Source of the DNA: a plasmid | Sequence record: NZ_CP034394.1 | Length of the DNA: 42,977 nt | Direction: 5' to 3' (one strand) | Shown here: positions 8,908 through 18,025 of the stretch, piece after piece | Layout of the letters: each line of letters begins with the position of its first letter | Numbering within the stretch: position 1 is the stretch's first letter | The notes under the pieces: generated by a model | Database searches by the model: none | What the model saw: the letters and a program-made list of their open reading frames with translations, nothing else | What the model was told of the DNA's origin: nothing | Program-made: the position numbers and the translations under genes

Positions 8908-11490
8908 TTATCCTTTTACCGGCGTAAAGTTCCGGTTGATCTTCTTGATGCTGGGCGCAAGGGAAGAGGCGTTGGCTTTCAGGTAGTCACGCAAGCTGCG
9001 CGCATCCATGGCGTTGATGTGGTAATGCGTGTCGCCACCGCCGCCACCACTGCCGCTCTCGCCCAGGCGCCGGATCGTGTCCGCATGCTTCGCCGGCAGA
9101 ATCATTTCCTTTTCGTGCGTCTGCACCAAAGGATTGACGCCGGCCGGGATGTCGTAGCCGCCGGCCGCTGAAGGCAAGAAGGCCATGGCCGTTGCGTACG
9201 TCTCTGCCCCGACCGCCGGTGCCATGGCCCAGCCAATGAGCGGGATCGCCGCCACCGAAGCCATGGCCGCCGCCGCCGCAATGGAAGCGTTGGACATCAC
9301 TCCGGAAACACCGGCGACCTGCTGGGTGGCCACCTGTTCTGCCGCAGCTGCCTTCTGCTCCAGACCCAGCATGACCAGGGTCTCCTGCGAGAACAGGCGC
9401 TTGGTCAGCTCGCCGACGATCCAGCGGTCCACCATCTTGGTCACCAGGTTGTTGACGAACTCCAGCAGGATGGACTGGAATATCCGGCTCATCGCCTGCT
9501 GCAGCGTCTGGGTGCCTTGGATGATGCCGGCGATGGACTGAGAGAACGCGCTCTTGATGGGATTGACCCACTGCGCCATTTCCTTCTGCTGGTCAATGGC
9601 GATCTGCTGGCCAATGCGCTGCACCGACTTGGCGTGAGTCAGTTCCAGCAGCTGGATTTCATCCAGAGCCTTCTGACGCGCGACCTTGTCGTTTTCGTAC
9701 AGCGCCATCTTGTCCTGCAGCGCCTTCAGCTGCACCTGATACTTCTGATTCTCCAGGTCGATCTGGCCGCGCAACTCATCTTGCGCCGTGATGAGGCCCA
9801 ACTCCTTCTTGGTGCTCAGCACGTCCTTTGCTGATGCAATCTCGGCCTCGGCCAGTCGCTGCGTCTGGTCGATCTTCTCGGTGGACAGCGCCTTCTCATC
9901 CGCCCGCTGCTTCTTCATCGCCTCCAGCTGGGCCTGGTTGATCTTCCGGCGAATTGCCAACGTTTCGGCGGCATTGGTGGACGTGGTGGCAAGGATATTC
10001 CGCCAGTAGGAAATCTCGTCGGCCTTCGACATCTCGCGCAGGTCGTGTTCCTTCTGGTATGCCACCTTCCGGTCGTTGAGCTCGGCATCCCACTCGGCCA
10101 CGCGCGACTTGTCGGCGGTGTTCTTCTCGATCTTGTCCTGGCCTTGATATTCCTTCGTGCCCTTCTTCGAAGCGTGGCCGCCCTCTTCTTCTCCGCTCCA
10201 CGCGGCCTTTATCTTGTCACGGGTCTGCTCGGCAATCTTGACCATTTCCGCCGAGTGCTTCAAGACGACTCCCTTGATCTTCTCGGTCCCTTCATTGAAG
10301 GCGGCGACCGCCCCCGAGAAATCCAGGGCCAGGGCCTTGCGGGCGACGTTGGCGAACATGAGCATGGTATTCATGATCACGCCCATCGCCGTCTGGACTA
10401 CCTGCGCCAGTTCCTGGAAGAGCCCTTTCAGCAGGTAGATGGGCGTGACCAGCGTTGCAATGATCGCTTTCAGCACGCCGATATCGTTCGGCATGGCCCA
10501 GCCGAAGAGCGTATGGATCAGCTCCCCGACATAGCCGACGTACTCGCGAATGATTTCGCAAACTGCCTTCACCACGGCGCCCAGCACTTCGAAGGCAGCC
10601 CCCAGCACGGTAATGGCCGCCTGGACCACCGGTAGGATGGTGATCGCGATATCGGTGAAGGCCGATTTCATGCTGGTGACCCCAGGGAGCACCGCCTCGC
10701 CGATCTTGTCGCTGAACTCGCCCAGCACGATGTTGGCGGTGGCACTCTCGAGCTTGTACGCCTTCACCGCCTCGGCAGCTTCTGCCGAAACGCCGATGCC
10801 CATGCTGGTGAGCTGCGTGGCGCGTTCCTGGATCTCGGAATTTAACTTCAGCAGCTTGTATGAATCCTCGGCCGACTTGCCGAACATGGCCATGGCCACG
10901 GCGTTGCGATCAGTACCGGCCTTGAACTCCATCATGGTGGAGACGGCGTTCTGCAGCAGCTGCTCCTGCGACAGCAGAGCGTTGCTGCTGTTGCGCGTCA
11001 CCACGCCCAGGGCATTGAGGCCCTGCTCATTGCTGCGGAGCTGCTTGTCAAACTTCATGGCGATGCCGGTGTAATCGTCCGCCGTCATCCCAGCCAGCTT
11101 GAGCTGGATATTCATCTGGTTGGCGGCTTCGAGAGTTTCACCGAAGGCGTTCGCCAGTTTTTTGACCTCACCTACCTCCTTCACGGTGTCGGCGATGGTC
11201 TCCTTGAACAGCGCGCCGCCGGCCAGGGCGGCAGCAACCATCTTGACCGATTCGAGGATGCTGCCGAACGATCCGGACATCACCTTCACGGCTCCAGATA
11301 CCACGCTGGACATGTTCTCAGTGGCTTTGGCGCCGGCCTCGGTGTGCTCCTTCATCGCGCCAGCCATCTCCGCGAAAGCCGCCTTGATGCTGCTGCAGGA
11401 TTCCTTGACGGCGCTGGCGGCGTCCTTTGACGCGGCCTTGGCGGCAGAGGCGTCACCGCCGAATTTCACTTCAACGTTGTCGTCGCTCAT
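8908..11490 (-). CDS. Tail tape measure protein, 860 aa.
   Basis: Long Ala/Glu/Lys/Gln-rich coiled-coil protein located between the G/GT chaperone and the distal tail genes. Confidence 0.85.
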   Translation of the reverse strand: MSDDNVEVKFGGDASAAKAASKDAASAVKESCSSIKAAFAEMAGAMKEHTEAGAKATENMSSVVSGAVKVMSGSFGSILESVKMVAAALAGGALFKETIADTVKEVGEVKKLANAFGETLEAANQMNIQLKLAGMTADDYTGIAMKFDKQLRSNEQGLNALGVVTRNSSNALLSQEQLLQNAVSTMMEFKAGTDRNAVAMAMFGKSAEDSYKLLKLNSEIQERATQLTSMGIGVSAEAAEAVKAYKLESATANIVLGEFSDKIGEAVLPGVTSMKSAFTDIAITILPVVQAAITVLGAAFEVLGAVVKAVCEIIREYVGYVGELIHTLFGWAMPNDIGVLKAIIATLVTPIYLLKGLFQELAQVVQTAMGVIMNTMLMFANVARKALALDFSGAVAAFNEGTEKIKGVVLKHSAEMVKIAEQTRDKIKAAWSGEEEGGHASKKGTKEYQGQDKIEKNTADKSRVAEWDAELNDRKVAYQKEHDLREMSKADEISYWRNILATTSTNAAETLAIRRKINQAQLEAMKKQRADEKALSTEKIDQTQRLAEAEIASAKDVLSTKKELGLITAQDELRGQIDLENQKYQVQLKALQDKMALYENDKVARQKALDEIQLLELTHAKSVQRIGQQIAIDQQKEMAQWVNPIKSAFSQSIAGIIQGTQTLQQAMSRIFQSILLEFVNNLVTKMVDRWIVGELTKRLFSQETLVMLGLEQKAAAAEQVATQQVAGVSGVMSNASIAAAAAMASVAAIPLIGWAMAPAVGAETYATAMAFLPSAAGGYDIPAGVNPLVQTHEKEMILPAKHADTIRRLGESGSGGGGGDTHYHINAMDARSLRDYLKANASSLAPSIKKINRNFTPVKG

Positions 11491-11508
11491 GATTTACTGC
11501 CTTGAAAC

Positions 11509-11573
11509 GCAAAAAGGGCCGCGCATGGCGGCCCTTCTGGCTTGGAATAGAAAAGGCCGCACGCGGCGGCCTT
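11509..11573 (-). terminator. Two tandem intrinsic-terminator hairpins, GGGCCGC-N5-GCGGCCC with an A5 run and GGCCGC-N5-GCGGCC with an A4 run on the plus strand. They lie between the G/GT region and the tape measure gene.
   Basis: GC stems followed by U-runs on the minus-strand transcript, read from the sequence. Confidence 0.5.
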
Positions 11574-11585
11574 GATGGGATGGTA

Positions 11586-11870
11586 TTACTTCTTCACGTT
11601 CACGGTGATCGAGAACTTGCCGCCGGCATTCCGGCGCTTCTCGATCACGACACTACAGTCTTCCTCCGAAGCAGCAAGATGCTCAATCGCCAATTGCACG
11701 GCCACCCCGGTCACGCCCGGCAGGTAGCCGGGCCGGGTGGCCTTGTCGATTTCATCAGGTTCCCGGCGTTCTCGGAAGGATGTCGAGAAGTGATTGTCCG
11801 TTGGCATCAGTTTCGGAGTGGGTTGCAGAGGATTTAGTCCCGACGCCCATGTAAGCAGCGACAAGCACAT
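11586..11870 (-). CDS. Hypothetical small ORF downstream of G/GT. It is in the same frame as G, but stop codons separate the two.
   Basis: Open frame with plausible non-biased sequence at its C-terminus (…GGKFSITVNVKK). Its start is ambiguous and it overlaps the end of the T frame. Confidence 0.25.
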   Translation of the reverse strand: MCLSLLTWASGLNPLQPTPKLMPTDNHFSTSFRERREPDEIDKATRPGYLPGVTGVAVQLAIEHLAASEEDCSVVIEKRRNAGGKFSITVNVKK

Positions 11871-12323
11871 GGGTCGGCGGGTTGCTGCGCTGGTACTCGG
11901 TGATGGCGCGCAGGCGGGGAAGCGTCATATTATCGTCGATGTATTCCCACGTCCAGCCTGGGAAGCAGGCCAGCAAGTGGGCATACACCTGATCCCAATC
12001 TAACTCTTCACCGCCTGCGCTTCCCCCCGGGCCACCAGGCCGGCCTGGCCCATCACGGTCTGGATGACCTGGCGCATGTTGCCCATATCCACCATGTCCT
12101 CCACTTCCTCGATGGTCACATCGGGATAGTTGCGCTTCAGCGCAGCATGCACAATTTCGCACACGTTGCTGACCTGGTCGCTGGTGAGCATGTTGGACAT
12201 ATTGGCCAGGCTCTCGATCTTGGGCGCGAGGCGCTTGATCTGGCCCAGCGACAGGGCCGGGATGACCCATTCCTTACCGCCCATCTTGACCTGGGCGCCG
12301 TCGATAAGTTGATTCGCGGTCAT
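11755..12323 (-). CDS. Predicted G-T fusion chaperone produced by a programmed -1 ribosomal frameshift at a GGGGGG run (plus-strand CCCCCC at ~12023-12028).
   Basis: The zero frame reads …LVARG. After a -1 slip on the G-run the -1 frame reads G-SAGGEELDWDQVYAHLL… and continues to a stop at 11755. This is the canonical G/GT arrangement. Confidence 0.4.
12000..12323 (-). CDS. Tail assembly chaperone (lambda G analogue), 107 aa.
   Basis: Position between the major tail protein and the tape measure gene. It is followed by an overlapping -1 frame ORF (the T extension). Confidence 0.6.
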   Translation of the reverse strand: MTANQLIDGAQVKMGGKEWVIPALSLGQIKRLAPKIESLANMSNMLTSDQVSNVCEIVHAALKRNYPDVTIEEVEDMVDMGNMRQVIQTVMGQAGLVARGEAQAVKS

Positions 12324-12327
12324 GAAA

Positions 12328-13095
12328 TTACTCCGAAGTGGACCAGGTCAGCACGTTGCCGGTGCCGTCGTCGAAACCCGAGAAGTCGAATTCAGGCACG
12401 GCGAAATCCTCGTTCTTGAAGCCCATGGAGAACTTGGTGCTGATCGCCTTGAGGAAGCTGAAGGTCACGATCTTGCCCTGGTAGCTGACGCTCAGGTCGG
12501 CCTTGAATGCCGGCGCGTAGCCCATGGGCAGGTTCTGCACCGTCTGCTTCTGCGCACCCGCGACCGCGGCGGTGTACTGGAAGTTGATGTACACCAGCTT
12601 GCCGGTGTCGGTGCTGGCAAAGGTGTAGACGCCAGTCGTGACGTTCACCATGTACTGGCCCGTGGCAGGCGCACTGGCCACGCGCTTCATGGGGTTGCCG
12701 TTGGCATCGATGACGCCGAGGTCAGCCGCGAAAGTACCGGTGTTCGGCGGCGCAGCGGTGATCGTGTACGGGCTGGCCGGCACGACGGTACCGACGGTAT
12801 CGGTGTAGTTCGCAAACAGGCCCGCATTGACCGTCTGGCCAAAATAGATGGCGTTCCAGACGCCAGCGAAGATGCGGGCGGGCTTGACCTTACCGGTCAG
12901 CTTGGCCTTACCACGACCGACGGCGACCGGAAACTGATTCTGGCCGTAGAGCTCCTTCGAGTCGGACGAGATATCGATCGATCCTTCTTGCAGGGTCATC
13001 AGCGGGTAAGGCGTTGCGCCTACAACCGCGTTGCCCAGCGCATCCTGCAACTGCGTGACGTACATGTTGCCGCTACCGAAAGCATATTGAGACAT
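12328..13095 (-). CDS. Major tail (tube) protein. The start is trimmed to an ATG preceded by GGAGGT.
   Basis: Size about 255 aa and an Ig-like or TP901/GTA g9-like sequence. It lies immediately upstream of the chaperone G/GT. There is a strong SD 6 nt upstream of the ATG at 13095. Confidence 0.7.
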   Translation of the reverse strand: MSQYAFGSGNMYVTQLQDALGNAVVGATPYPLMTLQEGSIDISSDSKELYGQNQFPVAVGRGKAKLTGKVKPARIFAGVWNAIYFGQTVNAGLFANYTDTVGTVVPASPYTITAAPPNTGTFAADLGVIDANGNPMKRVASAPATGQYMVNVTTGVYTFASTDTGKLVYINFQYTAAVAGAQKQTVQNLPMGYAPAFKADLSVSYQGKIVTFSFLKAISTKFSMGFKNEDFAVPEFDFSGFDDGTGNVLTWSTSE

Positions 13096-13108
13096 GGCTA
13101 CCTCCAAA

Positions 13109-13133
13109 TGAAAAGCCCCGCATAGCGGGGCCA
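13109..13133 (-). terminator. Intrinsic terminator-like hairpin (GCCCCGC-ATA-GCGGGGC with a U4 run) about 15 nt upstream of the major tail protein start.
   Basis: Read from the sequence. Confidence 0.45.
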
Positions 13134-13155
13134 GATTGATTAATTGCGAGTGGGA

Positions 13156-13572
13156 CTAGACGGCTTTGATGACGATGGGGACGATGGCCACGGCCTGGTC
13201 GCCGAGCGTCCCCTCATCGGTTTCGATGGCACCCTCGATCCAGGCGTGCTGCACAAGCCCGCCGAGGGTGCATTTATTGGTGATGGGGTCAGGAGCCAGC
13301 GAGTCCGCCAGGGCGTCCAGCAGACCATTCAGCAGCGTGCTGGGCATCCCGTTCTTCTGATGGACGTAGATATAGACGTCCACTTGCAAGGACCAGACGG
13401 TGGGCTGGCCCGGCGTCGTCATCGCTAATTCCCGCTTCTGAGCCTGGAACAGGGCGGGCTGCTCAATGTCCTTCACATCGGCCCAATGGCGCAGCTTGCG
13501 TGACTTGGTCTTGAATGCCGACGACGCGGACAGCTTCGCGAACAGCGCCGCGTAGATCTGTTCTCTGTTCAT
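13156..13572 (-). CDS. Tail completion or terminator protein (DUF3168-like, GTA g8-like).
   Basis: Position between the HK97 gp10-like gene and the major tail protein. Size about 138 aa. Confidence 0.45.
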   Translation of the reverse strand: MNREQIYAALFAKLSASSAFKTKSRKLRHWADVKDIEQPALFQAQKRELAMTTPGQPTVWSLQVDVYIYVHQKNGMPSTLLNGLLDALADSLAPDPITNKCTLGGLVQHAWIEGAIETDEGTLGDQAVAIVPIVIKAV

Positions 13573-14060
13573 GCCGTGCCCTCCCGAGCCGCCTTGACCA
13601 GCGCCGCCGCCATGTCGCGCTCAATCTGCGGACGCATTTCAGCCAGGGCAGACCGCAGGAACGAATGGGGCGGAAAGTCCACCTTGCGGGTGTGCGCCCG
13701 GACCTTGATCGTCATCGGAGCCTTGAGCGGCTTCCCGAAGGCCTGGGTAATGTGCCGCAGGCTTTCGCGCACGTTCTCGGTACCCTTGAAGCCGAATTCC
13801 AGGCGCCGCGCATATTCCACGTTGGTGCCGACGATGCCGGTGACAGAAGTCTGCTCCACGGTGACGCGCTGGTTGATGGAGCGGCGAAGCCGCCCCGTGC
13901 GCACGCGCAGGACGTCGTCGCTGAGCTTCTGCTTGACAGTGGTGAGCAGCTGCAGGGCCAGGCGCTGGACCGACTTCTCCAGGCCGGCCTGCATGGCGTC
14001 TGCCCGCCCTTCCATTTTGGCGATGAGTGAGGCATCGCCGACCAGCCATCCATTGATCAT
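13569..14060 (-). CDS. Head closure or neck protein (HK97 gp10 family-like).
   Basis: Position after the connector gene and its size. It shows ATGA coupling with its neighbours. Confidence 0.5.
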   Translation of the reverse strand: MINGWLVGDASLIAKMEGRADAMQAGLEKSVQRLALQLLTTVKQKLSDDVLRVRTGRLRRSINQRVTVEQTSVTGIVGTNVEYARRLEFGFKGTENVRESLRHITQAFGKPLKAPMTIKVRAHTRKVDFPPHSFLRSALAEMRPQIERDMAAALVKAAREGTA

Positions 14061-14626
14061 GATAGGGGCACCACCTTCTTGTAATTGCCCAAGACCGTCT
14101 GCACCGACGCGGGGAAGTCCGTGATAGTGAAGGCGATGGTCTCGCCGGCCAAGGTCTTGCTGGAATAGCCGACGCGACTCTTTTCGGAGTAGCGCAGCGC
14201 GATCACCTCGATGCAGGCCTGCTCGATCTCTGGCGGAACGCTCGCGAAGCCGGCGTGGTACGCCAGCACCACATTCGACTCACCGCGGCTGAAGCAGTAG
14301 CTGCGAAGACCGATCATGTAGTCGTCGAAGTAATAGCCTGGGCTGTGGATGTCAGGCGATGGGCCGATTGCCTGACCGTTGATGACGACGCTGTCCACCG
14401 CAGTGATGGGGTAGTTGGCGCACATCATCCTGCTCTTGCCCTTACCGTCGAGAGTTTCAACGTAGGGCGAGATCAGGAAGGTGCGATTCAGCCACGTCTG
14501 GACGTAACCACTGACAGCGGTGATAAGCCGCTGCAGCAGTTCATCGTCGTCCGTGCTCGAAGCATCCAAGCCCAGCCACTGCTTGACGTTGGCCAGTGTC
14601 GTCAGGTCGTTGGAACCGACTGGCAT
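14057..14626 (-). CDS. Head-tail connector or adaptor (phage gp6-like, Phage_connect_1).
   Basis: N-terminal LTTLANVKQWLGLD motif typical of gp6-like connectors. Confidence 0.55.
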   Translation of the reverse strand: MPVGSNDLTTLANVKQWLGLDASSTDDDELLQRLITAVSGYVQTWLNRTFLISPYVETLDGKGKSRMMCANYPITAVDSVVINGQAIGPSPDIHSPGYYFDDYMIGLRSYCFSRGESNVVLAYHAGFASVPPEIEQACIEVIALRYSEKSRVGYSSKTLAGETIAFTITDFPASVQTVLGNYKKVVPLS

Positions 14627-14629
14627 GGC

Positions 14630-15025
14630 TTACTGACCGCTCGGGGGGACCGACTGGCTGACGCCACCGCCACCTTCAGCACCAGCAGCAGCTGCTGCAG
14701 CGGCCTGCGCTTCGGCGTCCTTCTGAGCCTGTGCGGCACGCTCGGCTTCGGCAGCTGCAGCGGCCTGCGCTTCGGCGTCCTGGCGTGCCTGGTCGCCGGC
14801 CGATGGCTGCAGTTCCAGATTGCTCTTCACGCCGGCAGGCAGCAGCGGGTCATCGTTTTCTTCGGTGAGCTCGTCACCATCCGGGCTGGTGAAGCCCAGG
14901 CCCACCAGGTGCGCAACGTGTTCGGCCAGCACGGTGACCAGGCCCTTTACGACCTTATATTCCTCGCCCAGCACCGACACGGAACTGGCACCCTTGGGCG
15001 CCTTCAGTTTTACGGTATCGCTCAT
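14630..15025 (-). CDS. Hypothetical head-associated protein (possible decoration protein) with a duplicated Ala/Gln-rich segment. The start is trimmed to MSDTVKLKAPKG with an AAGGA SD.
   Basis: Lies between the capsid and connector genes. An internal 27-bp direct repeat (14695-14721 and 14755-14781) encodes AAQAQKDAEAQAAAAA twice. Confidence 0.4.
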   Translation of the reverse strand: MSDTVKLKAPKGASSVSVLGEEYKVVKGLVTVLAEHVAHLVGLGFTSPDGDELTEENDDPLLPAGVKSNLELQPSAGDQARQDAEAQAAAAAEAERAAQAQKDAEAQAAAAAAAGAEGGGGVSQSVPPSGQ

Positions 15026-15044
15026 GACTGCATCCTTGTTGAAA

Positions 15045-15082
15045 TTCGGAAGATGAAAGAACCGCCGGGCGAACCCGGCGGC
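15045..15082 (-). terminator. Terminator-like hairpin (CCGCCGGG-CGAA-CCCGGCGG followed by a U-rich tract) immediately downstream of the capsid gene.
   Basis: Read from the sequence. Confidence 0.4.
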
Positions 15083-15101
15083 CTGTGCTCGCGCGGCTGG
15101 A

Positions 15102-16619
15102 TCAGCCGTTGGCGATGTTGTTGAGCACGCCCATGGAGAACGGTGCGTAGTGCTGGAGCACGCCGTCCGCGTAGACGCCATATTCATACTTGCGGCTGCG
15201 CAGCGGCCATTCCAGCTGGTAGTAGTCCTGGCGCATCAGCATCTGCACGACGTTGGACACGTTGGACAGCGGATATGGCAGGCTCTCGGTGAAGAAGAAG
15301 ATGGTGCCGGCGGGGACGTTCGGATGCACCACCAGCGGCACCATCACGCCCATGACCTTGTTCAGGTATTCACCCACCTTCACGCCAGCCTGGATGGAAC
15401 CTAGGTTATCGGCGCTCACGTTCAAGCGCAGCAGCGGCGCACCGCCGTTGGCCACGATCTTCTTGGTGATGTTCACCAGCTCCTGCGCAGAGACGTAGAT
15501 CTTGGTCGGCGACAGGCGGTACTTGTTGTAGAAGTTGATGAACATCGCCTCGAACTCCACGATGCCGCCGGCGCCGTCCGAGGTGAGCGGAGTGCCGACG
15601 CCAGCGGTACCAGTGGGCTGGGACACCACTTGCGCATTGCTGCCCGGCTTGAAGGCTTGGTACAGCAGGCCGTCGAAGTCGATGGCCGAAGTGGAGCTAT
15701 CCACGGCGGCCAGCGACGCGGCGGTCTGGGTACCACTTGCAGCTGCGGTGATCAGCACGCTGTTGATCGAGGTGACCGCACCCAGGACTTCCGAGCCGGC
15801 AGCGCCCCAGAACCAGGCATAGCCGACGGCACCATTCACCACTGCGACGGTCCCGGTGATCGAGCCCGTCGCGCCGGTGGTGGCCACCGTGGCGCTGGCA
15901 GATTTCTGCGCGTTGCCGCCGCCGAAGGTGTCGGTGGAGCCGTCGGCGTTGGTGCGGCTAATCTGCCCAGGCACTGCCGCGCTGGCCAAGGTCAGCGATT
16001 GGCCGATGGAGCCGTTGTTCACGCCCACCATGTCCAGGTAGGCCTGCAGGCCCAGGGCCACGCAGATCACCGACCAGGTGCCGGCGGCCAGGGTGCCGCC
16101 AGTGGTCGAGCCCACCAGCGTGGGGGTCGGCGTGGTGCCCATGGCCACCGAGGTGTTGCCGCCCAGGATCATGCGCTCTTCCTGGATCATGGTGGCTTCC
16201 AGGGTGCTCTGCACCGCCAGCGCCTTCACGTCCTCGTAGTTCTTCGAAGCGTAGTTCGCTTCGAAGGTCACGTTGTTTTCCAGGCCGAAGCCACGGAAGG
16301 CGGCGAAATACTCGCTCTGCGCGTGATTGATGACGCCGCCGCGCTTACCTTCGGCCACGCCGGCACGCTGGTTGCTGACGTTGATGCTGGTGATTGCCTT
16401 CCAGTTGGCCTGGATGGCATAGCCGCCGCCGATGCGGGCGATGGAATTGCGCAGCGGGGTCAGGACCGGATACAGCTTCTTGGAAGGTGCTTCCAGGTTG
16501 TACGCCTGCAGGCCGGTGGTCGCGGTGCCAGGCTGCACAAAGGACTTGATGAGGTCGTCCGGGCTCATCTGCGCGGTTTTCAGCAGCACCAGGGTTTCTG
16601 CGGTGTTATTTGCACCCAT
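15102..16619 (-). CDS. Major capsid protein. The start is trimmed to MGANNTAETL with a GGAGA SD.
   Basis: About 505 aa and Gly/Ala/Thr-rich. It directly follows the prohead protease/scaffold gene, and hairpins flank it on both sides. Confidence 0.65.
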   Translation of the reverse strand: MGANNTAETLVLLKTAQMSPDDLIKSFVQPGTATTGLQAYNLEAPSKKLYPVLTPLRNSIARIGGGYAIQANWKAITSINVSNQRAGVAEGKRGGVINHAQSEYFAAFRGFGLENNVTFEANYASKNYEDVKALAVQSTLEATMIQEERMILGGNTSVAMGTTPTPTLVGSTTGGTLAAGTWSVICVALGLQAYLDMVGVNNGSIGQSLTLASAAVPGQISRTNADGSTDTFGGGNAQKSASATVATTGATGSITGTVAVVNGAVGYAWFWGAAGSEVLGAVTSINSVLITAAASGTQTAASLAAVDSSTSAIDFDGLLYQAFKPGSNAQVVSQPTGTAGVGTPLTSDGAGGIVEFEAMFINFYNKYRLSPTKIYVSAQELVNITKKIVANGGAPLLRLNVSADNLGSIQAGVKVGEYLNKVMGVMVPLVVHPNVPAGTIFFFTESLPYPLSNVSNVVQMLMRQDYYQLEWPLRSRKYEYGVYADGVLQHYAPFSMGVLNNIANG

Positions 16620-16631
16620 GTGAATCTCCAA

Positions 16632-16657
16632 AAGAAAAAGCCACCTCTTGGGTGGCG
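16632..16657 (-). terminator. Intrinsic terminator (GCCACC-TCTT-GGGTGGC with a U-run) between the protease/scaffold gene and the capsid gene.
   Basis: Same stem motif as the hairpins at 1571-1586 and 22799-22815. Confidence 0.55.
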
Positions 16658-16722
16658 TCAATAAGTTCGAGGAAAAGGGAGTGCCCGAATGTCCGGGCGG
16701 GAGTTAGGTTGATGGAATGGCG

Positions 16723-18024
16723 TTACACGCGGGCGAGAACGCCGCCGGTTTTGTGAGCCTGCTTGATGAGTGATGCAACTTCGTTTTGGCTGCCGTCGGC
16801 CATCTTGACCACGGCTTCCTCTTCCTTGGCGGGAGTCGTATTGCCTACGTCTTCGCCCTTCGTGATCGCCTTCAGGAGCGCCTTGCCGGGGGCGGGCTGA
16901 GCCTTCAGGGTGGCAAGCTGCTTCTGCATATCATCGCGGCTGGCGACCAGGCCCTTCACGAAATCGACCATGACCTGGCCCTCTTCGCAGCCTGCGTCAC
17001 GCAGCGCCTTGGTCAGGGCGTCATGCGCGGCGGCGACCTTGGCCAGCTCGCCCTTGGCCACCTTGTCGGTACCGTCGCCTTCGTCTTCGCCGTCGTCGGC
17101 GTCGTAGCCCACGGCCGCCATGTGGTCGTTGGCGTCCTGAATCGCCTTGTGAGCCTTGGCCAGCTTGTCCTTCGTGTCGGCGCTGAACTTCTTGCCGCCC
17201 TTGGCGATATCGCTACCGCGCGCGGCCAGCTCGATGACGTCCACCTCACCGGCGGCCGTCTTCAGGCACGCCAGCATTTCGGCGCATTCCTCGGCAGCCA
17301 TGTCCTGGAAGATCTTGATGCCCTGCGCCAGCCAGGCGCGCAGCGCGGCTGGCACCGGGCTGCCGTCGCCTTCGTAGGCGGCTTCATCTTGGGCGTCGCG
17401 GCAGATCCAGCCGAGGGACATCAGCGTGCCGGCGAAGTCCTGCACCGACCACATGCTCTTCTTGATCGGATCGGTGGTCGGCTGTGCCTTATCGGCCTTG
17501 GCCAGCTCGATCAGCCGCTCAGGGGTAATTTCGCCCTTGTTCAGCAGCTCGGCCAGCGTATCGATAGGGGTCGGCGCCGCATCATCGACACCGTCGGCCT
17601 TGAACATGGTGAAAACCGCTTCCGGATTGGCCGGGCGGTCCACCAGGGAGACTTCGACCAGGCGCAGGCCCTTGATAATCGACTTGTTCAGCTCATCGCG
17701 CTCGGTGGCCTTGCCGCCGATGGAGAAGCCCTTGTAGACATTGGCCTTCACCTTCTTGACGGCTTCACTGTCGACGACGTGAGCACCGAACCAGGTGCGG
17801 CCATCTTCTTGGACCTCGGCCTCGATGGCGGTGCCGGCGGCCTTCGCCTGGTGCATTTCGCGCACCGCACCGAATTTCATGTAGTCCGGCAGCGCGGCCT
17901 TCATGGCGTCGGCAGTGATGGTCTCGCCATCGGAGTCCACGACAGCGGAAGAGGCATAGCCCCATACCTTGATCGTGCCGTCATCCAGTTCCTCGGTCTT
18001 GCTAATTTCGCCGTAAAGTTTCAT
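16723..18024 (-). CDS. Prohead serine protease (HK97 / S78 family-like) fused to a C-terminal scaffold-like coiled-coil domain. The start is trimmed to MKLYGEISKTEELDDG.
   Basis: N-terminal VWGYASSAVVDSDGETI motif of HK97-type prohead proteases. The C-terminal half is long and Ala/Lys/Asp/Glu-rich. A GAGGAA SD lies upstream of the ATG. Confidence 0.65.
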   Translation of the reverse strand: MKLYGEISKTEELDDGTIKVWGYASSAVVDSDGETITADAMKAALPDYMKFGAVREMHQAKAAGTAIEAEVQEDGRTWFGAHVVDSEAVKKVKANVYKGFSIGGKATERDELNKSIIKGLRLVEVSLVDRPANPEAVFTMFKADGVDDAAPTPIDTLAELLNKGEITPERLIELAKADKAQPTTDPIKKSMWSVQDFAGTLMSLGWICRDAQDEAAYEGDGSPVPAALRAWLAQGIKIFQDMAAEECAEMLACLKTAAGEVDVIELAARGSDIAKGGKKFSADTKDKLAKAHKAIQDANDHMAAVGYDADDGEDEGDGTDKVAKGELAKVAAAHDALTKALRDAGCEEGQVMVDFVKGLVASRDDMQKQLATLKAQPAPGKALLKAITKGEDVGNTTPAKEEEAVVKMADGSQNEVASLIKQAHKTGGVLARV

Positions 18025-18025
18025 T

